Positions 48,522 through 59,042 of a DNA stretch of 64,000 nt are shown one piece after another. Where the stretch lies: NCBI GenBank assembly GCA_963665235.2, contig CAXXLX010000001.1:2112001-2176000 (forward strand), given 5' to 3'. Under the pieces are notes generated by a model, which was not told the DNA's origin, made no database searches, and worked only from the letters and a program-made list of their open reading frames with translations. Origin of the DNA: Candidatus Poribacteria bacterium (lineage in GTDB: Bacteria > Poribacteria > WGA-4E > WGA-3G). How positions within the stretch are numbered: position 1 is the stretch's first letter; every line of letters begins with the position of its first letter. The position numbers were made by a program, and so were the translations under genes.

Positions 48522-49697
48522 CTACGAATGAATTGATTTCGCTCGCTCGGTCATTATTACGTTGAGGATTTCATCCGCAACAAATAGACGGTTGCGCTGT
48601 TGCCCTGTCATTTCCCTGAGTTTACCCTTTTCGATGAGGTAATTTATTCCACGCTGGACAGTAGGAAACGGCAATTTCGTGATTTTCACCAAATCTGAAA
48701 TTGAAATAATAGGTGTTCCGAATAGATACTCAATCAATGCGTTTACAGCCTTTGGCACCTTCGGTTCTCTTGCAATCTTTCCATATTCTTCTTTCAATGC
48801 AAGGAGTTTTTGAATCGTTGAAAGAGCATCTTCAGATTGTTCACAAATCCCTTTTAAGAAAAACGTGAGCCACGCGTTCCATTCGCCTTTTTGGCTTATG
48901 TTCAACAACAATTCGTAATAGCGAGCTCTATGCCGCTCAAAAAAATCGGAGAGATATAGCAGAGGTTGTGATAATAAACCTCTTTCTATTAACATAAAAG
49001 TTATCAGAAGTCTACCGATTCTTCCATTTCCATCAACGAATGGGTGAATTGCCTCAAATTGATAGTGGATTAGTGCACATTGAATCAAGGTTGGTTCTTT
49101 CGCTTTGGAATGGATATACTTCTCCAATTCTGAAAAACACTCCTTCATTTCTGGCACCGGCGGGGGTACATAGGTCGCGTCCATCAAAGTGCACCCGGGT
49201 TTCCCAATCCAATTTTGACTTGTGCGCATTAATCCCGGGAAGGCGTGTTCACCACGTACCCCGCTCATTAAAATTTTGTGAATTTCGCAGAGTAGTCTGA
49301 GACTTATCGGCAAGTCTGGCAACCTGCTGATTCCGTACTCTAGAGCATTAACGTAGTTGACGAGTTCCTGTACATCAGGTATACGTGGGGATGCGGTTTT
49401 ATCCGCTTCAAACAAAAAGAGTTCGTCCAAACCAGATTGTGTATTTTCGATTCTGGAACTCATCACTGCTTCTCGTCGAATAAACGGACCTATTAATAAG
49501 TGTGGATTTGGAAGTAATTGACCAGCTCCGGATAATTTCCCAAGCTTAATATTTGCTTCTGAAAGAAGACTCGCCAACTCCCAATTCAATTCAATTTTCG
49601 GCGGAAGCGGATTTGGTACATAAGCCCAATATGGATGATACCCTACGCTACGGATACATCTGCCTGCACTTGAATTTGCGAAGTTTTCTGGATTCAT
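48522..49697 (-). CDS. Fic family protein (class II-like, C-terminal HTH)
   Basis: HPFVDGNGRIGR catalytic motif, SSRIEN inhibitory motif, TGQQRNRLF tail. Confidence 0.9.
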   Translation of the reverse strand: MNPENFANSSAGRCIRSVGYHPYWAYVPNPLPPKIELNWELASLLSEANIKLGKLSGAGQLLPNPHLLIGPFIRREAVMSSRIENTQSGLDELFLFEADKTASPRIPDVQELVNYVNALEYGISRLPDLPISLRLLCEIHKILMSGVRGEHAFPGLMRTSQNWIGKPGCTLMDATYVPPPVPEMKECFSELEKYIHSKAKEPTLIQCALIHYQFEAIHPFVDGNGRIGRLLITFMLIERGLLSQPLLYLSDFFERHRARYYELLLNISQKGEWNAWLTFFLKGICEQSEDALSTIQKLLALKEEYGKIAREPKVPKAVNALIEYLFGTPIISISDLVKITKLPFPTVQRGINYLIEKGKLREMTGQQRNRLFVADEILNVIMTERAKSIHS

Positions 49698-49712
49698 CTT
49701 TAAAGGACTTTC

Positions 49713-49808
49713 CGTTAATAAGAAATGGTGTTATTAACGTTTACACTACGAAACGTTAATAAGAAAAGATGTTATTAACGTTTACACTACGAAACGTTAA
49801 TAAGAAAA
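49713..49808. repeat. About 2.4 copies of a 41-bp unit containing the palindrome CGTTAATAA-N9-TTATTAACG
   Basis: Units start at 49713, 49754 and 49795. Confidence 0.85.
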
Positions 49809-49916
49809 GGATAAATTTTGGGGTTGCCACCATTAAGCATTTAAAGAGTATACCATGGATTTCGACAGAGGTCAAATCTTTTTTGCGAATCTCCCTCTCC
49901 CCTCCCCCAACTTTTT

Positions 49917-49936
49917 GACAAAATATTTACGCACCC
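49917..49936. repeat. End-like motif GACAAAATATTTACGCACCC (inverted relative to 46259)
   Basis: Nearly identical to 26477-26494 and 2120-2138. Confidence 0.65.
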
Positions 49937-49990
49937 TCCATTTTTGCTTGCATAAAGACACAAAATATGAGAAAATAGGTTAAGAATAGA

Positions 49991-50308
49991 ATGTTGACAC
50001 ACAGGAGAAACATAGTGGAAAAGATACGGGAATTAGTCACACTGCTGGAAACCGGAATAGAGGACTATGACAAACAACTAAAGGTACTACAGGCGGAACG
50101 ACTGAAATATATTCGGCTCTCAATAACCGAAGGATTCGGCACTGGCGAAGACCAATCTAAAGAATCATGGCTCCTTCACCTCAAACAGTTAGAGGACTCG
50201 TTGGAACTCCGGATAAGGTCGCTCAAGCAGGCGGTTCAAGAGGCTGCCGAGTCCTTTCAAAAAGCGGTTCAGGAATCTGCCGAGGCCGCTCAAGAGATGG
50301 AGACGTAA
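49991..50308 (+). CDS. Hypothetical coiled-coil protein
   Basis: Promoter TTGCAT-17-GAAAAT upstream; AGGAG SD suggests a GTG start near 50015. Confidence 0.65.
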   Translation: MLTHRRNIVEKIRELVTLLETGIEDYDKQLKVLQAERLKYIRLSITEGFGTGEDQSKESWLLHLKQLEDSLELRIRSLKQAVQEAAESFQKAVQESAEAAQEMET

Positions 50309-50314
50309 TTTAAA

Positions 50315-53300
50315 GTGCTAGCTCGTTTAACCCGCGCAAATACATTGTTAAGCTGGGGCATAGTGGCGATTTTGAGTGCTATCACGGTAGTAGGCATGCA
50401 CCGAGTGCCGTTATATGCACAGGAAGCAGACAGCAACCGAACCCTTGCAAACGCAATTCAACACCAGAATTTAGGGTTGGCATATCTTGAGGAATCTCAA
50501 CCGATGAAGGCAGTGCAGGAGTTTACCGCCCTCATTGAACTGCTCCCTCACGAGGCAATCGGCTACGGAAACCTCGCTGTGGCGCACCTGCGGTTACAGC
50601 AGGCAGACGTTGCTGAAAAATGGGTGAAGCGCGGCATTGACACCGCACCGATGGAGAGTCAACTCCACTTCATCCTGTCCGAAGTCTATCAGCTAAAAGG
50701 GGAAAGCGCGTCGGCAGTGGAAGCCATGAAAGAAGCGGTGCGGTTGGCACCGGACGAATTGGAATTTCGTTACAAACTCGTTCGGCATTACCTTGGACAG
50801 CGAAACAACCCAGACGCACAGCAGGAAGCAGTTCGCCACCTACAAGAACTGCACACCCGCTCCCCCGTGAATGTTGTTGTACTGCTGAAGTTGACACAGG
50901 GATTGATAGCACAATCGCAATTTGAAGAAGCCGAAAAGCTGTGTCAACAGTTGATGCTCCTTCTAGGCGATACCGATGCTGAAAAGTTGGCATATTTAAC
51001 ACAAGGCATAAACGCAATAAAACGGAGCGACCTAAAGGCTGCCTCACGAAATATCCGTATTTTTGAGAACTTGCATCGGGCAAGCCCGCGCTATCAGCAG
51101 GGTATAGGTGAATTGGTGACCGATATCCTTGGGCACCCAATAGAGACGTTTCGTCCAGGATTTAAGGCACGCATCGCCGCGAAAAAGCAGCCACCGATTG
51201 TAGTAGAATTTGTGGATGTCACCGAATCCCTCGGACTTGCCAATCTGCAAAATGTGCAAAATGTGCAAAGCGAACCGGCACAGCACATAACCTTGTCGTT
51301 AATCGACTACGACAACGATGGACATCTAGATATCTATGTAACCCCGACAGGAACACTCCTTAAAAATGTAGGTGGCACGTTTGTGCAGGAGAACGGAGCA
51401 CGCGACGCTCCAAAACCACACACTGTTGCACACATCGATTTGGATAAGGACGGTACACAAGAATTCCTATTGCAAACGCAAGCGGGGATAACGCACCTCC
51501 GAAAAGATGCGGAGGGGAATTGGGTAGCCGCTCCGTTAATCCAATATCAGGAGGCAGCAGATGACACAGGCGTACTACTCCCCGTCGACTTTGACCACGA
51601 TGGCGACCTTGACCTGTTTTCCGGACGCGCCGGTATCACAATGTATCAGAACAACGGAAACGGGACGTTCACAGATATTGGGGCGCAAACCTTTACTGGC
51701 GACCAGCAAACGCCGACAGATGCCTTCGCTGCAGATTTCGATGACGATGGCGATATCGATATATTTGCTGTCCATCGCGAAACGGGCTGCACACTTTTCG
51801 ACAACCTGCGCCAAGGAAAGCTTCGGACGCTCAATAGCGAAACCGGTATTCCGCAAGATGTCCATTATACCGCGGTTGCCCCCGGAGATTACGATAACGA
51901 TGGGGATATAGACCTGTTTTTAGCCACTACAACCGGCATAAACCTATACCGCAATAGAGGCGATGCAACTTTTGTTAATGACACGCGGTCAAAACAGATT
52001 TTAGAAAAAGAGCGTGACGCACCGACAGCCACACTAAAAAGTCTCGATTACGATAATGATGGGTTTCTGGACCTATTGCTTAGCAGTAAACAGGGATTAT
52101 CCCTATTTCGGAACGATGGCACCGGTCGTTTCACTGACACCAGCACTATTCTAAAAACCGCCGCACCGTTGGAAAAGGGTATCGTTGACGCAGCAGTGGG
52201 CGATTACGATAACGATGGCGATTTAGACCTGTTTTTGCTTAACGACAAAGGACAACTGTCTGCTCTCCAAAACAGCGGCGGAAATCGGAACAATTGGATA
52301 CAGGTTCGATTGGAGGGTATTACGACAGGCAATAACAAAGTGAATCGGAGCGGCATCGGTTCCAAATTAGAGGTGAAAGTGAGTGACCTCTATCAATTAC
52401 AATATGTATCACACCCGGTGTCACATTTCGGGTTAGGTACGTTTGAGGCGGCGGATGTCGTTCGGGTTGTGTGGACGAACGGTGTCCCACAGAACGTTAT
52501 CACACCGAAAGCAAAACAGCGCATCATAGAGAAACAGATATTGAAGGGCTCCTGTCCGTTTCTGTACGTCTACGATGGAGAGAAATACCGGTTCGTCACC
52601 GATTTGCTTTGGCGTGCCCCGCTTGGACTTATCACGGCTATGGGGTTTGTTGCACCGGATGAGACGAAGGATTTCGTAAAAATCTCGGCATCTCAGATGC
52701 GTCCTAAATCCGGCAAATATTCCATTCAGATTACAGAGGAATTGTGGGAAACCGCCTATTTCGATAGGGTCAAACTTATAGTTGTTGACCATCCGGCAGG
52801 GATGGAAATCTTCGTAAACGAACAGTACACCCCACCCCCCTTTGCAGAATTCAAGATATACGGTGTCGCAAGGAAAAACCATCCGAAATCGGTTGTAAAT
52901 CATAAAGGTGAAGATGTATCCGATGCCTTAAAAACGCCCGATTACCGCTACGCCGTTGAACACGCCCCTGGTCCCTACCAAGGCGTTGTGGAACCGCATG
53001 CAATTGTGCTTGATCTTGGCGATATTCCCGATAATGAACCGGTGATGCTGTATCTGAACGGTTGGATTTTTCCTACGGATACGAGTATCAATGTCGCCTT
53101 GTCCCAAAACCCAGCGATTCAGCCGCGTTTTCCTTCGGTGGCCGTGAAGGACAAAACGGGTGAGTGGAAAACCGTTATGGATATGATTGGCATACCTGCC
53201 GGTAAAAATAAAACGATTACCGTCGAGCTGACAGGCAAATTTTTGTCCGATGACCGACACGTTCGTATTGAAACCAACATGCAAATTTACTGGGATGCCG

Positions 53301-53827
53301 CTTTTTTCACAGTGGGCACGCAGCAGGTCCCGCTCGAAACCACAGAATTAAACCCCGAAACTGCCCATCTGCACTACCGGGGTTTTTCAGAGATGTACCG
53401 GCCAAATCCGCAGGCACCGCACCTATTCAATTACCAAAACGTGACAACAGCGGCGCAATGGCGAGACCTAGCAGGATATTATACCCGTTATGGCGATGTC
53501 AACCCCTTATTGCAAGCAGTTGACGACATGTACGTTATCCTCAATGCGGGGGATGAAATCACGGTTGAATTTGATGCATCGCGTTTGCCTCCACTCAAAG
53601 CGGGTTGGGTGCGCGACTTCATTCTCTACAGTGATGGATGGGATAAAGATGGGGATATCAACACACTCACATCGCAGACGGTTGAACCGCTACCGTTTCA
53701 CGGCATGTCTGCCTATCCATATCCGGATACGGAACATTATCCTGATGATGAAGCACATCAGCGGTATCGGCTGAAGTACAACACGCGGCGCGTCCTGCAC
53801 CGATTGCCGCTGTTGCCTGAAAAATAA
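50315..53827 (+). CDS. TPR + FG-GAP repeat + ASPIC/UnbV (CRTAC1-like) exported protein
   Basis: N-terminal TPRs, repeated DYDNDGDLD Ca-binding loops, HFGLG..VRVVWTNG, GSCPFLY. Confidence 0.88.
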   Translation: MLARLTRANTLLSWGIVAILSAITVVGMHRVPLYAQEADSNRTLANAIQHQNLGLAYLEESQPMKAVQEFTALIELLPHEAIGYGNLAVAHLRLQQADVAEKWVKRGIDTAPMESQLHFILSEVYQLKGESASAVEAMKEAVRLAPDELEFRYKLVRHYLGQRNNPDAQQEAVRHLQELHTRSPVNVVVLLKLTQGLIAQSQFEEAEKLCQQLMLLLGDTDAEKLAYLTQGINAIKRSDLKAASRNIRIFENLHRASPRYQQGIGELVTDILGHPIETFRPGFKARIAAKKQPPIVVEFVDVTESLGLANLQNVQNVQSEPAQHITLSLIDYDNDGHLDIYVTPTGTLLKNVGGTFVQENGARDAPKPHTVAHIDLDKDGTQEFLLQTQAGITHLRKDAEGNWVAAPLIQYQEAADDTGVLLPVDFDHDGDLDLFSGRAGITMYQNNGNGTFTDIGAQTFTGDQQTPTDAFAADFDDDGDIDIFAVHRETGCTLFDNLRQGKLRTLNSETGIPQDVHYTAVAPGDYDNDGDIDLFLATTTGINLYRNRGDATFVNDTRSKQILEKERDAPTATLKSLDYDNDGFLDLLLSSKQGLSLFRNDGTGRFTDTSTILKTAAPLEKGIVDAAVGDYDNDGDLDLFLLNDKGQLSALQNSGGNRNNWIQVRLEGITTGNNKVNRSGIGSKLEVKVSDLYQLQYVSHPVSHFGLGTFEAADVVRVVWTNGVPQNVITPKAKQRIIEKQILKGSCPFLYVYDGEKYRFVTDLLWRAPLGLITAMGFVAPDETKDFVKISASQMRPKSGKYSIQITEELWETAYFDRVKLIVVDHPAGMEIFVNEQYTPPPFAEFKIYGVARKNHPKSVVNHKGEDVSDALKTPDYRYAVEHAPGPYQGVVEPHAIVLDLGDIPDNEPVMLYLNGWIFPTDTSINVALSQNPAIQPRFPSVAVKDKTGEWKTVMDMIGIPAGKNKTITVELTGKFLSDDRHVRIETNMQIYWDAAFFTVGTQQVPLETTELNPETAHLHYRGFSEMYRPNPQAPHLFNYQNVTTAAQWRDLAGYYTRYGDVNPLLQAVDDMYVILNAGDEITVEFDASRLPPLKAGWVRDFILYSDGWDKDGDINTLTSQTVEPLPFHGMSAYPYPDTEHYPDDEAHQRYRLKYNTRRVLHRLPLLPEK

Positions 53828-53834
53828 GAGGATT

Positions 53835-54051
53835 GCTGACTACACCTCGCGTTCAACCCGGCGCAACGGGAGATATAAAATTAGCGATTAGCGATTAGCG
53901 ATTAGCAATTGGCAAGAGTTTGTGATTATAATCATATTTCTGACGAGCGTTTTATATTTCTTGCCATAAACCAACATCTATAAGCCAATAGTCAAATAGC
54001 AGCAGGCTGACTACACGTCGCTTTCAACCCGGCGCAACGGGAGATATAAAA
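53835..54051. repeat. 46-bp direct repeat of the MFS gene 3' end flanking a heptamer element
   Basis: 53835-53880 matches 54006-54051 with few mismatches; 53881-54005 starts with tandem TTAGCGA units. Confidence 0.75.
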
Positions 54052-55237
54052 AAGCGGTCGCGATTATCAAGATGCCTGCCAAGACAACGTAAGAATAGGC
54101 ATTGTTTCCGTAGAGCCAACTGCCGAGTACTTTGCTAAAAACTGTTTTAATAAATTCAGGGTGTGCCGATGTCTCATAGAGCCAACCGCCGAGAATCGGT
54201 CCTAAGATACGTCCTAAACTTAAAAACGCGTCCATAATTCCGATAGCCGTGCCTTGTCCAATTTGGGTTTGCTTAGAAATCCATGACGTATTCGTCGGCC
54301 TGATGAGTTGATTCCCGATGCCCGTAATAGTGAGATAGAGGGTTAGCGTTACGAAGGAAAAAGCGTTGAGCAGCAGTGCCATACCGAGGACGTTTAGCAG
54401 TAAACCGCCTATAATTATCCGACGCTCTCCCAGGATGTTAATTAATCGACCGAGCAATCCACCCTGTATCGGCACGACAATCACGCCCATGACCATGAAC
54501 ATCCATCCCATCTCTCGCTCACCAAAACCCCAACCTGCTTCAATGAAATACGGAAACGTGATTTCTAGTCCGGCAAAACTGAAGGTGGAGAAAAACGCTA
54601 CCAAGAAAAGGGGTGTCAGCGGTGATTTCAACGTTGTTCTGCGGAATACCTCGCGGGGTGATATCCATTCGTGGCGCTCTTCAATTGCATCTTTCTGAAG
54701 CGATTCCGGTAACAGCACAAGCGAAAAAAGAAAGGTTAACAAGGACAACCCTCCCGCGACAAAGAAGGGAAGGTCGTGCCGGCCCATCACACCGCCAATC
54801 GCCGGGCCGAGAATGAAACCGAGTCCCATGGCTGCCCCCATAAAACCCATGCCTTTTCCGCGTTCTTCTGATGTAGTGACATCAGCGACGTAAGCCATCA
54901 CACTCGGCAAGACCGCCGCTGAGGCGATACCCGCCGCACTCCGTGCAATGAAGAGCGATATGTACTGCTTCGCCATTCCGAAGGCTACTAAGGCGATGGC
55001 ATTTCCGAGCAATCCGAACAGAATCGCCGGTTTTCTGCCGTGCTTGTCTGATAACCTACCCCAGATGGGTGCAAACAGTAGTTGCATCCCGGAATAGATA
55101 GACATTAATATTGCAGTTTCGGTGGGAGTTGCCCCGATATCTTCTGCGTAATAAGCGAGGTTCGGAATGATGATGCCGAACCCAAGCATCACGAAAAATA
55201 GGGTGAAAAATAGGATAAGCAGTCTTGATTTTTTCAT
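54011..55237 (-). CDS. MFS transporter (DHA1/TetA-like)
   Basis: GRLSDKHGRKP motif A and GFILGPAIGG motif C. Confidence 0.9.
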   Translation of the reverse strand: MKKSRLLILFFTLFFVMLGFGIIIPNLAYYAEDIGATPTETAILMSIYSGMQLLFAPIWGRLSDKHGRKPAILFGLLGNAIALVAFGMAKQYISLFIARSAAGIASAAVLPSVMAYVADVTTSEERGKGMGFMGAAMGLGFILGPAIGGVMGRHDLPFFVAGGLSLLTFLFSLVLLPESLQKDAIEERHEWISPREVFRRTTLKSPLTPLFLVAFFSTFSFAGLEITFPYFIEAGWGFGEREMGWMFMVMGVIVVPIQGGLLGRLINILGERRIIIGGLLLNVLGMALLLNAFSFVTLTLYLTITGIGNQLIRPTNTSWISKQTQIGQGTAIGIMDAFLSLGRILGPILGGWLYETSAHPEFIKTVFSKVLGSWLYGNNAYSYVVLAGILIIATAFLYLPLRRVESDV

Positions 55238-55481
55238 CTAATTAAACGCGAAAACTCCCAATGAAGAAGCCATGCCTTTTCTGTGCCAATCGGTGTGTTC
55301 TAGGGGTGCAAATGCTATGAATATAATAACATTCATTATAGCAGATTTGCACAGCATGTGTCAAATTAAAAATAGGAAATCGGGAATTTTGTTGTGGTAA
55401 TTTTAACGAATTTCTGTTATAATAAATGCAGGTTTCATAATTCATAATTCGTTCATAAAAAGCCAAAAAATAGGAGGATTC

Positions 55482-58400
55482 ATGTCTTCGGAATTCGTTC
55501 ATCTACATAACCATAGCGAGTATAGCATGCTTGATGGCGCGTGTCGCATTGCGGACATGGTGGAGTGGGCAGTTGAAAACAGTGCCCCCGCTGTTGCCCT
55601 CACGGACCACGGTAATATGTTCGGCGCATGGGAATTTTACACAGCCGCCCAAAAGGCAGGGGTGAACCCAATTGTCGGGTGTGAGGTCTACGTAGCTCCC
55701 GGAAGCCGTAAAACACGCGGGAAAGAGCAGGGCGGTCCCTACCATCTCACGCTGCTCGTAGAGGATGCAACCGGCTACCGTAACCTCATAGAATTAGTAT
55801 CGCGCGCTTACACAGAAGGTTTCTATAGCAAACCCCGCATCGACATGGAAATTTTGCGCGAATACCGAGACGGAATTATCGCACTGACAGGGTGTATACA
55901 GGGACAGGTACCACAACTCGTCTGTTCAAATAAAAAAGAGGAGGGGGTACAAAACTTTAAAACACTTATGGAGATAATGGGTGAACGGAATCTCTACGTT
56001 GAGGTGCAAAATCACTACATCGACAAAGAACTGGAGGCTTACCCGGTGATGGTTCAGTTGGCGCAAGAATTTAATCTTCCGCTCGTTGGCACAAACGATT
56101 GTCACTACCTCCGCAAATCCGATCACCGGATGCACGATGTTCTTCTCTGTATCCAAACGAAGAAAACTGTGAATGACCAGCAACGGCTGCAATTTGACAA
56201 CCATTTCTATTTTAAAAGTGTTGACGAAATGCGTGAAGTTCTGAAAAATTACCCGCCTGAAGCGATTAGCAATACGCTTGAAATTGCCAAACGGTGTGGC
56301 AACCTTAAACTCGACTACGGCGAAAGTCTCATGCCGAAATATGAGGTCCCCGATGGACACACAAACGACAGTTATCTCAAGGAGTTATGCTATCAAGGTT
56401 TACGCGAAAAGTACGGTGAACTTTCCGAAGAAATTCAACAGCGGCTCGATTATGAACTAGATATTATCAGTCAAACCGGCTACTCCGGCTATTTTCTCAT
56501 CGTGTGGGATTACGTTAAATATGCCCATAAACAGGGGTACCCGCTGACTGCCCGCGGCTCCGCTGCTAGCAGCCTTGTGCTGTACGCCCTCGACGTGATT
56601 ACCTTCAATCCGATGGATTACGACTGCCTCTTTGAAAGATTCTTGAACCTTGAACGTGTCAGTCCACCCGATATCGATATAGACTTCGCCGATCAGGCAC
56701 GTGCCCATGTTGTTGAATACCTTGTGAAAAAGTACGGTGAAGCTTCTGTCGGCAAAGTCGTTACCTTTGCAACGTTGGGGGCAAAATCGGCTATCAAAGA
56801 TGTCGGACGTGCCCTTGAAAAACCGCTCGAAAATGTAGAGAAATTGACAGAACTTATTCCAACTATCCCCGGTATAACCATCGAACGTGTCTTGGAAGAG
56901 GTGCCCGAATTTCAGACACTCGCGGAACTCCCTGAAAATCAGGAATTAATGGAACTCAGTAAAGCGGTTGAAGGCATGAAACGGCACGTCTCTTGTCATG
57001 CATCCGCGTACGTCGTTTCAAACGGTCCCCTGACGGATATCGCTCCCCTATTTAAGGATAAACATGACCAGGTGGCGACGCAATTTGAGGGCAAAACCGT
57101 TGAGGCTGTGGGCATCGTCAAATTAGACCTGCTCGGTTTGCGGAGCCTTACAGAAATTTATGACTGCCTTCAGATGATTAAGACGAACCACGGTGAGGAT
57201 ATCAAACTGGACCAGATTCCGTTTGATGATAAACAGACCTATTCGCTGATTAGCAAAGGGTTAATCGCAGGTTTATTTCAGTTGGAAACCTCCCCCGGTA
57301 TGTATCGGGTTGTTACCCAGCTCAAACCGGACAATTTCGAGGAATTCTCTGCCATTCCTGCTCTCTATCGTCCAGGGCCGCTGGAAAGTGGTACGATGCA
57401 ACAGTTCATAAATCGCAAGAATGGCTTGGAACCAGCGAAGGCTGTGCATCCGTTGCTTGAGGATGCGCTCAAAAATACCTACGGCGTGTGTGTCTATCAA
57501 GAACAGGTGATGCAAATTGCACGTGACATGGCGGGTTTTACGCTTGGTGAAGCGGATATACTCCGCTCCGCGATGGGGAAGAAAAACGAAGCGCTGCTTG
57601 CCGCACAACGTGAAAAATTTGTCGAAGGTGCAATCAAAAACGGGGTTGCAAAGGCGGAAGCTGAGAGCGTGTATAACCTGCTTGAACCTTTTGGCGGTTA
57701 TGCTTTCAATAAGTCGCATACTGTCACGTACTCCATGTTATCCTACCGCATGGCATACCTGAAAACCCATTATCCGCGTGAGTTCATGGCAGCGATGATG
57801 ACCGGAGAAGCAGCCTACTCCGAGAAAATTACACGTTACCGCGCAGAATGTAAAAAACTCGCTGAGTTCTTGGAAGTAGAAATCAACCTTTTACCCCCTG
57901 ATGTTAATAGCAGCTATAAGGATTTCACCGTGGATGGCAACGATATCTGCTTCGGACTTGTCGCTGTCAAAAGTGTCGGGGATAACGCAATAGACGCAAT
58001 TGTGGAGGCACGCGAACAGGGCGGGTCGTTCACCTCTCTACAGGATTTCTGCGAACGCATCGATACCAAATTGGTCAGTAAACGCGCAATTGAAAGTCTA
58101 ATTATGAGCGGGGCATTCGATTCCTTCGAGGGACACCGAGCGCAACACCTCGCCAATCTAGAAAATATCCTGAAAGCCTCACAGAGCGCACAAGCCGAAC
58201 GGGACCGGGGACAGATGAACCTCTTCCTAGATGCCGAAGAGACACCAACGCTTACCGTAACGCTCACCGAAACAGAGGAGTATGCCGCATTAGAACGGCT
58301 CAAACTCGAAAAGGAGCAGCTCGGATTCTACATCTCCGGACACCCCCTTGAGGAATACCGTGATATTATTGAATACTACACAAACACCAGCACCCAAACC

Positions 58401-59003
58401 CTTGCTACACATTCCATCAACGCCGAGGTTGACATCGCGGGAATGATTACGGAGGTGAGAAATCACACCACAAAGAAAAAGGAAGCCATGGCGGTGTTTG
58501 AACTAGAGGACTTAGAAGGCACAGTAAAAATTGTCGTTTTCCCGAAAGCCTACAAAGCATCGGTTGAACTGAAAGAGGAAAAGGTGGTCTGGCTCCGCGG
58601 AACAGTCAATCAGGACAATAGAAACCGGAAGTCTGAGGATGGGACAGAAAGGGAGGAACGTCAAATCCTTGCTGACAAAATTTTGAACATTGAATCTGTC
58701 GCCGAGCAACAGACATCCGCACTTGAGGTGACGATTCCGGAGGCTGATATTGGCGACATGGCGAAATTCGAAACACTTCAGAAAATCGCACTTGCCAACA
58801 AAGGTGACCTGGACCTGATTCTACGTCTCACGAGCTCCCGCTTCGGTGAAGTCATCGCACAATGTGGTGGGAAGTACACTGTGGCAAATAAACCCCAAGT
58901 TATTGAAGAGGTGGAGGGGTTGTTCGGAGCAAATTGCATCAAGCCGAGCAACCGCACGATACGCGGAAATAAGAGCCGCTCCTCGCGGATAGATTATGTC
59001 TAA
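55482..59003 (+). CDS. dnaE: DNA polymerase III alpha subunit
   Basis: PHP HLHNHSEYSMLDG, RGSAASS, PPDIDIDF, LYRPGPL, YAFNKSH, OB fold; no intein. Confidence 0.97.
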   Translation: MSSEFVHLHNHSEYSMLDGACRIADMVEWAVENSAPAVALTDHGNMFGAWEFYTAAQKAGVNPIVGCEVYVAPGSRKTRGKEQGGPYHLTLLVEDATGYRNLIELVSRAYTEGFYSKPRIDMEILREYRDGIIALTGCIQGQVPQLVCSNKKEEGVQNFKTLMEIMGERNLYVEVQNHYIDKELEAYPVMVQLAQEFNLPLVGTNDCHYLRKSDHRMHDVLLCIQTKKTVNDQQRLQFDNHFYFKSVDEMREVLKNYPPEAISNTLEIAKRCGNLKLDYGESLMPKYEVPDGHTNDSYLKELCYQGLREKYGELSEEIQQRLDYELDIISQTGYSGYFLIVWDYVKYAHKQGYPLTARGSAASSLVLYALDVITFNPMDYDCLFERFLNLERVSPPDIDIDFADQARAHVVEYLVKKYGEASVGKVVTFATLGAKSAIKDVGRALEKPLENVEKLTELIPTIPGITIERVLEEVPEFQTLAELPENQELMELSKAVEGMKRHVSCHASAYVVSNGPLTDIAPLFKDKHDQVATQFEGKTVEAVGIVKLDLLGLRSLTEIYDCLQMIKTNHGEDIKLDQIPFDDKQTYSLISKGLIAGLFQLETSPGMYRVVTQLKPDNFEEFSAIPALYRPGPLESGTMQQFINRKNGLEPAKAVHPLLEDALKNTYGVCVYQEQVMQIARDMAGFTLGEADILRSAMGKKNEALLAAQREKFVEGAIKNGVAKAEAESVYNLLEPFGGYAFNKSHTVTYSMLSYRMAYLKTHYPREFMAAMMTGEAAYSEKITRYRAECKKLAEFLEVEINLLPPDVNSSYKDFTVDGNDICFGLVAVKSVGDNAIDAIVEAREQGGSFTSLQDFCERIDTKLVSKRAIESLIMSGAFDSFEGHRAQHLANLENILKASQSAQAERDRGQMNLFLDAEETPTLTVTLTETEEYAALERLKLEKEQLGFYISGHPLEEYRDIIEYYTNTSTQTLATHSINAEVDIAGMITEVRNHTTKKKEAMAVFELEDLEGTVKIVVFPKAYKASVELKEEKVVWLRGTVNQDNRNRKSEDGTEREERQILADKILNIESVAEQQTSALEVTIPEADIGDMAKFETLQKIALANKGDLDLILRLTSSRFGEVIAQCGGKYTVANKPQVIEEVEGLFGANCIKPSNRTIRGNKSRSSRIDYV

Positions 59004-59042
59004 CCCGCATGCAAAGGACTGACCCCAGGAGGTAATCAACTT

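Noticed and set aside
49713-49808. Mini CRISPR array
   Set aside because: Intervening sequence is identical between units, so it is a tandem repeat.
55482-59003. Intein or split in dnaE
   Set aside because: Length and motif order are those of an uninterrupted alpha subunit.
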